A stretch of 64,000 nucleotides of DNA from Octopus sinensis (GCF_006345805.1 NC_043013.1:45694001-45758000); one strand, 5' to 3'. Shown: positions 52,499 through 64,000, counted from the first letter of the stretch. Numbers and translations: made by a program. The notes: generated from the sequence alone by a model not told the origin.

Positions 52499-53203
52499 CG
52501 ACAACTAACTGATTGTTCTATATTATATTTATAAATTCTTCTATTTACATAATATCGAGGTCTGATTCATTCTTTTGTTGTCATATTATTATTATTAATA
52601 TATATATATATATATATAAGTAATAAAATTGAGAGATATAATGGATATAAATTAATTTTAACTAATTAACATTACCTACAATTGTAAACGCCTTTTAGAC
52701 CGAGTGGATAGAAACAGGGACGCACTTTGGAACAAAACTTAGAGGAGAAACCCAAAGTAACAAATTTATCCAAGAAAACTCTCCTTGCAACAAACACCAG
52801 TATACTATGTTAAAGTTAGAAATGCACGCAGGTTGACGCAGTGAATATTTTAGAAATAGACGTCAAATGCTATTTCCAACCGATGATTGTAGAGCATGTT
52901 TGTCATGCAAAGCATGAAATCAATTGATATTGGGATATGTGTTATTTATCTTCGAATTCCATTCTGAAGGTAAGCCTATTTTAAAGATATTCCTTGCATT
53001 GCTCGTGTGTATATTTATCGTAAGATTGGTGGTTTTTTGAAGCTGTCGCTTTGATTTTTAAGAAGCGGTATTTTAACCCTTCTTTTCTTCAATTATTTTA
53101 TGTTGTACTTGTATAGGTAGCGGTCATGCTAGCCACCTCGTTATTACTGTTTATAGCTGTAATAATACTTCACATATTTAAATTATATATATATATATAT
53201 ACA

Positions 53204-53350
53204 TATAATCAAAATAAGCAACAAGGATATCCAAGGTAGAGTAGTACAATTGCTTCATGCTACTTCATTTTATTAAAAACTGGAAATGAAGTAGCATGAA
53301 ACAATTGTACTACTCTACCTTGGATATCCTTGTTGCTTATTTTGATTATA
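53204..53350. repeat. Inverted repeat (67-bp arms, 1 mismatch, 13-nt loop)
   Basis: 53204-53270 vs 53284-53350; about 180 bp upstream of the Penelope RT. Confidence 0.95.
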
Positions 53351-53449
53351 ATCACCCCATTTGATTTATATGGATAATACCATACAAAATTCTGGCGCCT
53401 TTAACTAAGTACCATATTCACCTGAATCTAAATTTTGCTGAACTTATAT

Positions 53450-53530
<81 letters not shown>

Positions 53531-53875
53531 AATAAGGGCTTCACAGACATTGGCGATAGGAACATTGACATTATCATGCATGCCAGGAGAACGGTGATGT
53601 TCAATAAAAATTCGACGTGGGTCAAGCCATCTGACTCCGAGGGTTTCTCCGAAGTGGCGATGGGTGCCTACGACAGCGCCGTCGCATGTGATCTCATTGG
53701 ACTATACATCCTGGACACCTAAAATTACTATCGAGAAGAACTTCATCATCGTAGACTTCCTAGATGTTACTCTAGGCATGAGCTCCGGTACACACAGGTC
53801 ATATTGCAAGTCAAACGAGAGGTTGCCTTATATCAACACAACCTCCTGCTACCCTCCCATCGTGTTGAAGAATCC

Positions 53876-54585
53876 AGTGAAGGGTGTTAGCGAGTGGATC
53901 TCGAATCTATCTTGAAGTCAAGAAATTTTGTGACGCCATCGCCCCCTACTACAACGAGGCACTGGCGTCCAGCGTTATTTAAGGACCTCAAATCTAGTGA
54001 AGGGTGTTAGCGAGTGGATCTCGAATCTATCTTGAAGTCAAGAAATTTTGTGACGCCATCGCCCCCTACTACAACGAGGCACTGGTGTCCAGCGTTATTT
54101 AAGGACCTCAAATCTAGTGAAGGGTGTTAGCGAGTGGATCTCGAATCTATCTTGAAATCAAGAAATTTTGTGACGCCATCGCCCCCTACTACGAGGCACT
54201 GGCGTCCAGCGTTATTTAAGGACCTCAAATCTAGTGAAGGGTGTTAGCGAGTGGATCTCGAATCTATCTTGAAGTCAAGAAATTTTGTGACGCCATCGCC
54301 CCCTACTACAACGAGGCACTGGCGTCCAGCGTTATTTAAGGACCTCAAATCTAGTGAAGGGTGTTAGCGAGTGGATCTCGAATCTATCTTGAAGTCAAGA
54401 AATTTTGTGACGCCATCGCCCCCTACTACGATGCACTGGCGTCCAGCGTTATTTAAGGACCTCAAATCTAGTGAAGGGTGTTAGCGAGTGGATCTCGAAT
54501 CTATCTTGAAGTCAAGAAATTTTGTAACGCCATCGCCCCCTACTACAACGAGGCACTGGTGTCCAGCGTTATTTAAGGACCTCAT
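53876..54585 (+). repeat. Tandem array of six 117-120 bp units derived from the Penelope RT coding sequence
   Basis: AGTGAAGGGTGTTAGC recurs at 53876, 53996, 54116, 54233, 54353 and 54470. Confidence 0.95.
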
Positions 54586-55260
54586 CTACATGCTAGGCCC
54601 TAGCACCCACAAAAGAAGCGCCGCCAAAACGTCGTTTGGTTTTCCCCACCCTTCTCACTCAGCGTGAAGACTTGTGTTGGAAGAATATTCCTCAGATTAG
54701 TAGACAAACACTTTAAACACAGATACGGACGTTTGTTCAATAGGCACTACCTAAGGGTTTCCTTTGGTTGTGTACCCAACATGAAAAGTATATCAACTAA
54801 CACCCGTAAAACGCGGGAGGAGGCCGGTTGCTCTTGCAGCATGTACAATGACTGTTTAGTGGGAGGCCGAGGGAGTCATCTATGAGGCTGTGGTTATACC
54901 CAAGCCTAGCGACCATAGTAATAGCAGATCATTCAAGAACATCGACAGTATCGGCAACCGCGACAGCAGCAGAAACACCAGCACTGATGCCAACGACCCA
55001 GGGCACTGGGGTCAACAGCCCCAGCACTACGGCCGGAGAGGATAACCACGCCGGCACAAGCAGCACCAGCAAGACTGCCGGCTCCACGCCCAATGCTACC
55101 AACGACGGCACCCACATCACCGTCAGTGACAGTAGCGCCAACACCACGGCCAGGGACGACCACTAGAACGACAACAGCCACGGCGATATCGCTGGGCCTA
55201 TGCCTCGTAATGATAACAGCACCAATGGCAGTCCAAGCAACACTGGTGGCAACAACAGTG

Positions 55261-55620
55261 GAGGCGCAATGGCCCAATGGTTAGGGCAGCGGACTCGCGG
55301 TCGGAGGATCGCGCTTTCGATTCCCAGACCAGGCGTTGTGTGCGTTTATTGAGCGAAAACACCTAAAGCTCCACGAGGCTCCGGCAGGGGGTGGTGGCGA
55401 CCCCTGTTGTACTCTTTCGCTCCAACTTTCTCTCACTCTTTCTTCCTGTTTCTTATCCCCGACTTCCTACGCAACCGCTGAGCCTGGATGCACATTCGTC
55501 CATCCGTCGATGCTCTCGGTGTCGGGGGTTGACCTGCTTTCTCTTCTGTGGGTCTTACGAATAGCAAAGGACCACGTTTCGGACTTCTCCCACTCTGGGA
55601 CGAAGACAGCTTCGCTCAAC
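55261..55620 (+). mobile_element. SINE family C2 (Arg-tRNA-like head, different body)
   Basis: Near-identical copy at 63052-63420; both end in CAA/CAG-rich tails. Confidence 0.85.
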
Positions 55621-56309
55621 AGCAACTGCAACAGCAGCAGCAGCAACAGCAGCAGCAGCAACAGCAGCAGCAGCACCAGCAAGGTTGCCGGCCTCACGCC
55701 CAATGCTACCAACGACGGCACCCACATCACCGTCAGTGACAGTAGCGCCAACACCACGGCCAGGGACGACCACTACAACAACAACAGCCACGGCGATATC
55801 GCTGGGCCTATGCCTCGTAATGATAACAGCACCAATGGCAGTCCCAGCAACGCCGGTAGCAACAACAACATCTCCAGTCACGGAGCCAACCGAAGATGCT
55901 CCAGTAATGTGAGCACAGCCAACACCCAAGCCTGGAAATATATCGGGTCAGCCGGAACGCCGTTCCAGCTCCTGTCGATTGGTCTCCCAGAAGTCCAGAC
56001 CTCACGTCTTGCGATAACTCTCTGTAGGGTATTAACAAGGAGAGAGTTTCGCATGAACAATACCAGAATACCCATCAGTTGAAGGTCACCGTTCGGAGAG
56101 CCGTTGCAACAATCACTAAAGCACAGCTTCGAAAATTATCACAAAGGACATGGCACCGCATCATTTTGTGCCACGAAAATGATCGTGTTCATACAGACCT
56201 CCTCGATGTGTTTCAGCATCAATGAAAGTGAGTAAACTAAATCCAGTTCGTTCTTTGGATTATTGTATTACTTCTTCTTCTATTGTTCTCATTACTTTTT
56301 GGTACAGTG

Positions 56310-56605
56310 GAGGTACATGGCCTAGTAGTTAGAGCAGCGGACTCGTATTCGAGGGATCGCGGGTTCGAATCTCGGACCGGGCGATGTGTGTGTTTATGAG
56401 CGAAACATCTAAGCTCCACGCAGCTCCGGCTGTAGGTAATGGCGAACTTCTGCTGACCTTTCGCCACAACTTTGACTCACTCTTTCCTCCTGCATCTTGC
56501 AGCTCACCTGCGACGGACCGGCGTCCCGTCCAGGTGGGGAACCTATACGCCAAGGAAACCGGGAAACCGGCCCTTATGAGCCAGGCGTGGCTCGAGAAGG
56601 AACAA
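56310..56605 (+). mobile_element. SINE family C (Arg-tRNA-like head GGCACATGGCCTAGTGGTTAGAGCAGCGGACTCG)
   Basis: Related copies at 7385-7690(-) and 22400-22700(+); tail GAAACCGGGAAACCGGCCCTTATGAGCC. Confidence 0.85.
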
Positions 56606-57329
56606 ACTTTTTGGTAGCGGGTAACAAGACTTCCGGACCATCTTGTACATATACACACATATATGTGTGAGTATGCATATAATAATGATTATGCACCGAT
56701 ATTTGGTGATGACTATACGTCGATATCTACGTATGGGACCGGAAAAGGCTTCCTCTTCAACGATATCCTTAAATAAATCCAAATACAGACATTTTGATTA
56801 ACATTAAATGCGAGAACAACGTAGAACCGCATGAACATGCTAAAGCTAAGATTTTGACCAGGACCTTTAGAACTTCAGGATAATTATTTCCCAACTGAGC
56901 TATTTCGGATTGCAGCAAATGGTCTCGTAATTTGTAGAGATATATTTACTATCATTAAAATGAGAATATTTTGCTAAAATTTGCCAAAGGAAATACGTTA
57001 AATAATGGCTAGAAAGAAAAACTCATTCCGAAAAAAAAAAAAAAAGCAATTCAAAATATAATAGGTTTCTTCTGTTTTTATACAATTTTATAGTTTTCGT
57101 TTATGCGTATTAGATTTATCTGAAATCTATATATTTACATCGTAATTTATAGAAATATATTTACTGTCATTAAAATGAGAATATTTTGATAAAATATACC
57201 AAACGAAATACATTAATAAAGGATAAAGAAAACGACTCATTCTAAATTAAAAGTGATTCAAAATATCATATAATGTAATACAATACACACACACATACAC
57301 GCGCGTACACAGACCCAAATACACACACG

Positions 57330-57447
57330 TACGTATGTATGTATGTATGTATGTATGTATGTATGTATGTATGTATGTATGTATGTATGTATGTATGTAT
57401 GTATGTATGTATGTACGTACGTATATGTACGTGTGTGTCTGTGTCTA

Positions 57448-57484
<37 letters not shown>

Positions 57485-57494
57485 CTATCTATCT

Positions 57495-57549
<55 letters not shown>

Positions 57550-57613
57550 ATATATATATACAAGCATATACATATATATAAGTATATATACATATATATA
57601 TATAAGTATATAT

Positions 57614-57659
<46 letters not shown>

Positions 57660-57742
57660 CATTATATATATATAAATATGTATATACATTATATATATAT
57701 ATACAATATATATATGTGCATATCTATCTATCTATCTATCTA

Positions 57743-57816
<74 letters not shown>

Positions 57817-57819
57817 ACC

Positions 57820-57897
<78 letters not shown>

Positions 57898-57900
57898 GCA
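57330..57900. repeat. Compound microsatellite block (TATG)n-(TATC)n-(CT)n-(TA)n-(TATC)n
   Basis: Direct reading. Confidence 0.95.
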
Positions 57901-58310
57901 CTAACACACACTCATACACATACTTACATATGTATGTACGTATGTACGCACACAAGTGTACATATAGCTATCTATAAATATGATTTCGTAGACGTAGATA
58001 ACAGAAACACAGAAACTCTGGTAAATATGAGGCTGAGTCAACCTGTTCAGAGATACTTTTAATTCTCTCTGCATGTCTTGACTTCTATTTTAGTTTGTTT
58101 GTACATCTGCCTGTACACACACGTACACACATACGCATACACACACATGACCATACACACATATGTACACACATATGTACACACATATGTACACACACAT
58201 ATGTATACACAGATATTTACACACACATATGTACTCATACACACACCAGAGGCGTTCTCTCGATGAGTGGATCGGTGGGTCAAATGCACAAAAACCAACT
58301 TGATTTTGGA

Positions 58311-58382
58311 TCATACAGCTGACGTGAGGTTTTCCAAGTCTATTTGTTGTTTTCCGTCAACAGTTTCCCATGACATTATACC
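58311..58382 (-). CDS. Candidate terminal coding exon (GIMSWETVDGKQQIDLENLTSAV*)
   Basis: Acceptor ATGCATAG, phase 0, TGA stop at 58311-58313. Confidence 0.38.
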   Translation of the reverse strand, partial: GIMSWETVDGKQQIDLENLTSAV

Positions 58383-58512
58383 CTATGCATATATAAACTG
58401 TACGTAAACAAAAGACGAAAACAAAAAGCGGTTAACGAAAAAGAACAAAAGAACATGGAAATCTCTCGTCAGATTTGGGATTCAAAATCAAGTTCGTTTT
58501 GGTGCATCTCAC

Positions 58513-58532
58513 CCATATCTGGTGAGCAGTGA
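58513..58532 (-). CDS. Candidate 20-nt micro-exon (ITAHQIW) of the unidentified gene
   Basis: Acceptor CTTCATGTTTACAG, donor GTGAGA; phase 1 in, phase 0 out, fits its neighbours. Confidence 0.4.
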
Positions 58533-59180
58533 CTGTAAACATGAAGTGGAAGGGAGGAAGTTCATTAAAAGTTTGAAGTTTTAAAGCAGAAGTGGTGGTG
58601 GAGGGGGTTGGTTGGTTGCGGGGTGGGGCAAAACATACGAATGGAACGGAAAATTATTGGTGAACAAATTCAGAGAAATCCAGTTCGATGAAAAAGAATG
58701 CAGGCTTTCGACTGAGCAAAAAGAACGTTCGTGCAAACGGAAGATACTTTCATTGGAACACAAAGTGAAAGATAGAGACAAGCTTAGAGTGAGTGGACCA
58801 GACAACGATCGCGATACGAAAGAGGGAAAAAATAGGCGTGTTGGGATGGGAGCAACAGAAAGGTGCAATAGTAGATGTGGAGAGGGAGAAAATAAGAGCA
58901 ATGGATAGATAGATAGACAGATAGAGAAATAGACAGATAGATAGAGAGATAGACAGATAGATAGAGAAATAGACAGATAGATAGAAAGATAGACAGATAG
59001 ATAGATAGACAGACAGATAGATATACAGATATAGAGAGAAAAAGGAGTGAGAGAGAGAGTGAGCGACAGAGAAAGCTACACAGAAGGGGAAAGAAAGGGC
59101 AAGTAGTGAATACTACACAGCTTCTAGCAAGTTTTATAAAACAGCAAATTCTAACGCATACAAATTCAATCATCTTCTGA

Positions 59181-59728
59181 GTTCGTGTCGATTTATAGGA
59201 GCTTACCTTTCAACTTATTTTAGAACATGGTTGAGTCCATAAAATAGGATTTTACTACACCTCCATTTAGAGCACAGTTTAAGCTATCTTTTCCTGGAAG
59301 AAGGTTTATGTTCTTATAATCTGTGTTAATTCTGTAACCCTTTAAAATGGAAGATAAGAAAGTTCATTTTCGGCACTTCATTCTTTGGGAACCGGACAAA
59401 AATTGCTGCAGCTCGACTGGGATGTGTCACCCCACCCTCCATATTCACCAGATATTGCTCGTTCGGATTTCCACTTATTCAGGTCTCTGCAGAATAGTCT
59501 TAATGGTAAAAATTTCAATTCCTTGGATGATGTAAAAAGATACCTTGATGAATTCTTTGCCATGAAACCACCTCAATTCTGGGAAGAGGGTATTTTCAAG
59601 TTAAAGGAAAGCTGGAGATGCATTGTGCAAGAAAATGGTTCATATTTGGTTGATTAAAAATGTAATGGCAAGTATTTATTGACCTTTTTCTTACCTTTAA
59701 AAATCGGCACGAACTTTCCGGACAACTT
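59181..59728 (+). mobile_element. Internally deleted mariner transposon
   Basis: N-terminal MEDKKVHFRHFILW fused to C-terminal WDVSPHPPYSPDIARSDFHLFRSLQNSL...; TIR-like GTTCGTGTCGATTT / AAATCGGCACGAAC; related 3' fragment at 10279-10475. Confidence 0.88.
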
Positions 59729-60092
59729 CTGATATTTGTCAGACAATGGCTGTATCATTTGTTGATGTATTCAAACCATCAATTAACGAAAGTACATTTT
59801 TTGAAATTTGTTCCATTAAAAGAAGTTACATGTATCTTTGTGAAAAAAAATCTCTTAGAGAAAATAGGGATAACAACAGCCCATTGGAGAAATGAGCCCC
59901 GCGAGGTGGAGAGGGTGCTTCAGCGAGTATCGATGGTGTGGTTGAGTACACCATTTGTTCTGGGGTATGTGGGCCATCGACCCTTCCTCCCCCTCTGTCT
60001 CCTGCTGCATCACCCCACCCCTTTTCCTTTCTTTCTTTTCCTTTCTTATCTCCACCCCCCCGTTTCTTTGTATTTTAATGTTATAAATAAAA

Positions 60093-60445
60093 GAAAACAA
60101 TTGCAGCGTGGAAGGTGTTTATAAGCCATTTAAGAAACGCACAAAAATCGTTAGATTCACTTCAACATTTAAATTTAATTTGTCAAAATATTTTCGTCGT
60201 TTTGAGACCGCGACCTGTTCACTGACAAAGCATCGTGATGCAGCCCGAAGCTTTGTCAGTGAACAGGTCGCGGTCTCATAGCGACGAAAATATTTTGACA
60301 AATTAAATTTAAATGTTGAAGTGAATCTAACGATTTTTGTGCGTTTCTTAAATGGCTTATAAACACCTTCCACGCTGCAATTGTTTTCGTTCCAACACAC
60401 GATCTCAGATCAAGTCACTTGCTATGCAAGTACATCTCCGTAAAA
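60093..60445. mobile_element. Fold-back element (139-bp near-perfect arms, 18-nt loop, unique 3' tail)
   Basis: Arms 60093-60231 and 60250-60388; second copy at 49599-49918 with the same tail CACACGATCTCAGATCAAGTCACTTGC. Confidence 0.85.
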
Positions 60446-61229
60446 TAAAAGAAAGTTAAAGACAAAATCAAAAATCTGTTTGGTTAAGATTATCCTAACC
60501 AACCACATATCAGATTTACTTACATTTGTGAATAATAAACAAGTATTGAATGTGTTTAAGGGCAGCGTTTCTGATAAAGATTTCAAATTTTGGCACAAGG
60601 CCAGAAATCTCGGATGAGGTAGATAGTCGATTACATCGACCCAGTGTACGACTGGTATTTATTTTTATCGACCCTGAAAGAATGAAAGGTAAAGTCGACC
60701 CCAGTAGAATTTGAACTCAGAACATGAAGACAGATGAAATGCCGCTAAGCATTTTGCCCGGTGTGCTAACGATTCGGCCAGCTCACCACCTTCAGAGTTT
60801 ATAATATCAAATATCAAATATTAAAAATCTGTTTATGTTTACACCGATGTTTGTAATATATTATCATGTACCCTTGCTCCATGATTAAGGGTATCTCTGC
60901 CTATAATACCTACAATGTATTTGTGATTACATATAAGAAATAAATTTAGTGTTACTGTGAATTTTAGACCGTATTACGAAGTATTGGTAATGTAGTTATG
61001 AATGACAGAGAACAATTCTTGATCAAGAACTGTGGTCAATGAAGTTCAAACCACTTCAATCCCATCTTATTTCAGAAATTGTCTATCCCCAACTTCTTTA
61101 TATATCTTGTTCTTTAGTTGTTATGGTGGAATTTAAGGAGGATTGGCTGTTATTTCTGGCAGGTCGAGAAACCACGTAAAGATTTCGTGTTTGTTGTCTG
61201 ATCCTTGTGTGCAAATGTGTCTGTGTGTA

Positions 61230-61268
<39 letters not shown>

Positions 61269-61654
61269 GTGTGCGCATTCGTGCGTGTTTATGTGTATAT
61301 GTGTTGATTTCCATAGAGAGTTAGAAGTTGTGATTTTCGGTATGATGGCAAAAATGATCTAATTTTAAATACTTGCAACTCTTTTATTATTACACGCATG
61401 TGAGTGAGAACACTTTGAGATATTTTTGGTATCTAACATATGTCAGATACTGCGAGCGCTGCTTCTGATTGGTCAATCCATGGTGATGACCCGAGGTCAC
61501 GGTGACAGCGCTGCTTCTGATTGGTCAATCCATGGTGATGACTTGAGGTCACGGTGACGGCACTACTTTTGTCATTCATAAGTTACAACTAAACGTGAAG
61601 AATTTAGTTATTGGGTTTATAAAATATGGTCGTTTATTCGTGTGTAATAAATAA

Positions 61655-61744
61655 AATACCAAACTCATTCCCTATGGATACCGTATTTATTACAACGAGT
61701 GGCTTGTAATAAATACGGTATCCATAGGGAATGAGTTTGGTATT
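61655..61744. repeat. Perfect inverted repeat (41-bp arms, 8-nt loop)
   Basis: 61655-61695 vs 61704-61744. Confidence 0.95.
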
Positions 61745-62430
61745 CTCTATTTATTATTTTTTTTAGAGAAAATGAGAGTGATTTTCGTCACCAGAATGCA
61801 AAACCACAACAGTATAGAAAATTTTAAATTATTTTACAGGTTATTTCGGAAAATTCTAGTCGTTGGAAAGAATTTAACAAGATACTATAGGTTTTTCCCG
61901 GTCAAAGCCAACCTAAGGATAAAAAACAGCAGCAATATAACTTTTGATGAGCAGTGATATCCACCCACAGGTATATATCCATCATGATAACAGGCAATTC
62001 AGGAATTGGAGAATTGGTGGTGGCAATGTTTTATAAGTAGTTCCGTCTCATAATGGAAAATACGTATATTCATGGAGTCAAGCTGTGAGCGTGGAGTGAT
62101 TTGATGATGGTGATAATATATCTTGTTAATATATCTTAATTTTAAGATAATTGAATGTAAATAAGGATATGCATTCGCATTGGTTGACTTGTGGAAATTG
62201 GGAAGGCCATCGAGCTGTAAAGCCTCCAGTATAATAGCAACAACATACGCTCGACTTCACATAATGTTGCTTGCCATAACACAAACACCTCTTGCTGTTG
62301 CTATGGTGATGGGTGAGGCTATCGAAGATGTATCTAACTTGTTATGCAAGCATTGACAGCTACAAACATTAAATGAACTAATGATTAGTCATGAGGATGT
62401 ACAGGTAAATGCTTTCAAAGCAGTACTTAC

Positions 62431-62492
62431 TTGCCTGAGTAGCAACAACAACAGACGACAAAATAATCAGCAGGAGCTTCATGGCGAAATGT
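62431..62492 (-). CDS. Exon of an unidentified gene (HFAMKLLLIILSSVVVATQA, hydrophobic segment)
   Basis: Strong acceptor CTCTTTCTCTTTTCTAG and donor GTAAGT; open frame encoding a signal-peptide- or TM-like stretch. Confidence 0.6.
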
Positions 62493-63651
62493 CTAGAAAA
62501 GAGAAAGAGCGTTGTACAAATAATTTATGAGGACATCTGTGTAAATTAGAGCGAAAAATTGGGAGAAAATGGATGAAATTTATACAAGCTTTGACAGGAA
62601 ATTAACTCTATAAGTCCTGGCCTTCCTACATGATCAGCCGACTTACTTTGAAATGTAACTTTGGTACATCATCGTTATTGCTTCATTTAGTGTAATTTTT
62701 GTTCTATTACATCTCTCCACTTCCATCTTTTATCACATAAGTTATCTGGAATGATCTCTCACACAAATTCATCAATATTTCGATAATCAGAAAACATCCA
62801 TATATTCCACACAACTTCACACTTATTCCCAACAAGCAACTTCTGTATCCCTGTTTGAAAACTTATGATTTAGTTGAGCCAATGAAACAGCAACCAAAAT
62901 CTCCTTCAAATTACATCAGTCCTAAAAAAACAGAGGATGCACAAATCGAACAATGTTCTCCCCGATATATAAAACAATGGAATGATCATGTCTGGAACGC
63001 CTTTGTCCATAAGTTTGCCCTAGGTACAAACGACAACAGCAGCATAATCAGGAGGCGCAATGGCCCAGTGGTTAGGGCAGCGGACTCGCGGTCGGAGGAT
63101 CGCGGTTTCGATTCCCAGATCGGGCGTTGTGTGTGTTTATTGAGCGAAAACACCTAAAGCACCACGAGGCTCCGGCAGGGGTGGTGGTGACCCCTGTTGT
63201 ACTCTTTCGCTCCAACTTTCTCTCACTCTTTCTTCCTGTTTCTTGTCCCCGACTTCCTTCGCAACCGCTGAGCCTGGATGCGCATTCATCCATCTGTCGA
63301 TGCTCTCGGTGTCGGGGGTTGACCTGCTTTCTCTTCTGCGGGTCTTACGAATAGCAAAGGACCACGTTTCGGACGTCTCTCACTACGGACGAAGACCGCT
63401 TCGCTCAACATCATCAACATCAGCAACATAATCAACAACAACGTATAAACCATGAACTTTTAAGAGATCCTCTAGGCGCAATAATCATTCTCTTTCGACT
63501 CACTCCCGAAGATAATCTTTTTTTTTTTTTAAAAAGGATACTGGATAATGGACGTAAAAAAAAACCCCAGAAAGAAACAGTTAAGAAAATCGACAGTCAT
63601 GACTCGTACGTATTTGAGCATGTCTGCTCGAGGAGTGCAGACCCTGGAGTT

Positions 63652-63660
63652 AAACTACTA

Positions 63661-63692
<32 letters not shown>

Positions 63693-63801
63693 ACTGCTAC
63701 TACTACTACTACTACTACTACTGCTGCTGCTGCTACTACTACTACTGCTGCTGCTACTACTACTACTGCTGCTGCTGCTGCTACTACTACTGCTGCTGCT
63801 G

Positions 63802-63836
<35 letters not shown>

Positions 63837-63843
63837 GCTGCTG

Positions 63844-63874
<31 letters not shown>

Positions 63875-63905
63875 GACTACTACTACGACGACAACGACGA
63901 CGCCA
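63652..63905. repeat. Mixed (CTA)n/(CTG)n trinucleotide array
   Basis: Alternating CTA and CTG blocks, ending in ACG repeats. Confidence 0.95.
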
Positions 63906-63958
63906 CCACCATATACTATTCCTTCATATGTGTGTATCACAAGCCTCACAACACTTAC

Positions 63959-64000
63959 AAGCTGTTGTACAACCCCAGTCTGACCTGCTCCAGCAGATCG
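63959..64000 (-). CDS. Partial upstream exon of the same unidentified gene (DLLEQVRLGLYNS)
   Basis: Runs off the window edge; donor TT|GTAAGT; phase 2 joins in frame to exon 62431-62492. Confidence 0.45.

Larger units (their letters stand above)
53530..56235 (+). mobile_element. Penelope-like element (RT plus GIY-YIG), internally deleted and rearranged
   Basis: FSEVAMGAYDSAVACDLIGLYIL; VDFLDVTL; VVWFSPPFSLSVKTCVGRIFLRLVDKHF...FNRHYLRVSFGCVPN; CSC; IYEAVV ... KYIGSAGTPF. Confidence 0.9.

Noticed and set aside
53876-54585. Regularly spaced repeats as a CRISPR array
   Set aside because: Units are contiguous with no unique spacers, derive from Penelope RT, and the context is eukaryotic with no cas genes
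55261-55335. tRNA-Arg gene (also similar heads at 63052, 56310, 22410, 7620)
   Set aside because: The acceptor stem is not closed and each head runs into a conserved SINE body and tail; these are SINE heads
55336-56082. 248-aa ORF as an independent mucin-like gene
   Set aside because: It begins inside a SINE and ends in the Penelope GIY-YIG region; it is a chimeric TE frame
57335-57977. ORFs such as MYVCMYVC..., YIYIYI..., LSLSLS..., VVVVAAAA across the window
   Set aside because: They are translations of microsatellites
62130-62336. Cys/His-rich minus-strand frame (RCLCYGKQHYVKSSVCCCYY...) as the exon after 62431
   Set aside because: It needs a weak AAG acceptor with no pyrimidine tract; the exons at 58.3-58.5 kb have better splice sites. 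Not excluded.

Overview
Eukaryotic, AT-rich (about 35% GC by eye), SINE- and microsatellite-dense animal DNA; the repeat families resemble those of octopus/coleoid cephalopods (inference). The main gene is a complete 13-coding-exon selenoprotein O gene (SELENOO, protein AMPylase pseudokinase) on the minus strand, 30786 to 2331. All 12 GT-AG junctions keep frame, giving 2163 nt = 720 aa plus stop, with an in-frame UGA read as selenocysteine in the C-terminal ...YDIRVS-U-SS*. I could not find a canonical SECIS by eye; a SINE and a decayed Penelope element follow the stop almost immediately. Intron 1 holds a candidate alternative first exon and a decayed antisense coding sequence with tentative similarity to FAAP100. 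Positions 31-58 kb are TE-rich: several SINE families, Penelope elements with hammerhead ribozyme cores and perfect hairpins, Hero-, CR1- and RTE-type LINE fragments, Helitrons, MITEs, a deleted mariner and fold-back elements. The 3' end of a second, unidentified minus-strand gene probably enters from the right edge (exons at 63959-64000, 62431-62492, 58513-58532 and 58311-58382). All alignments, folds and protein similarities were judged by eye or from memory, not computed.
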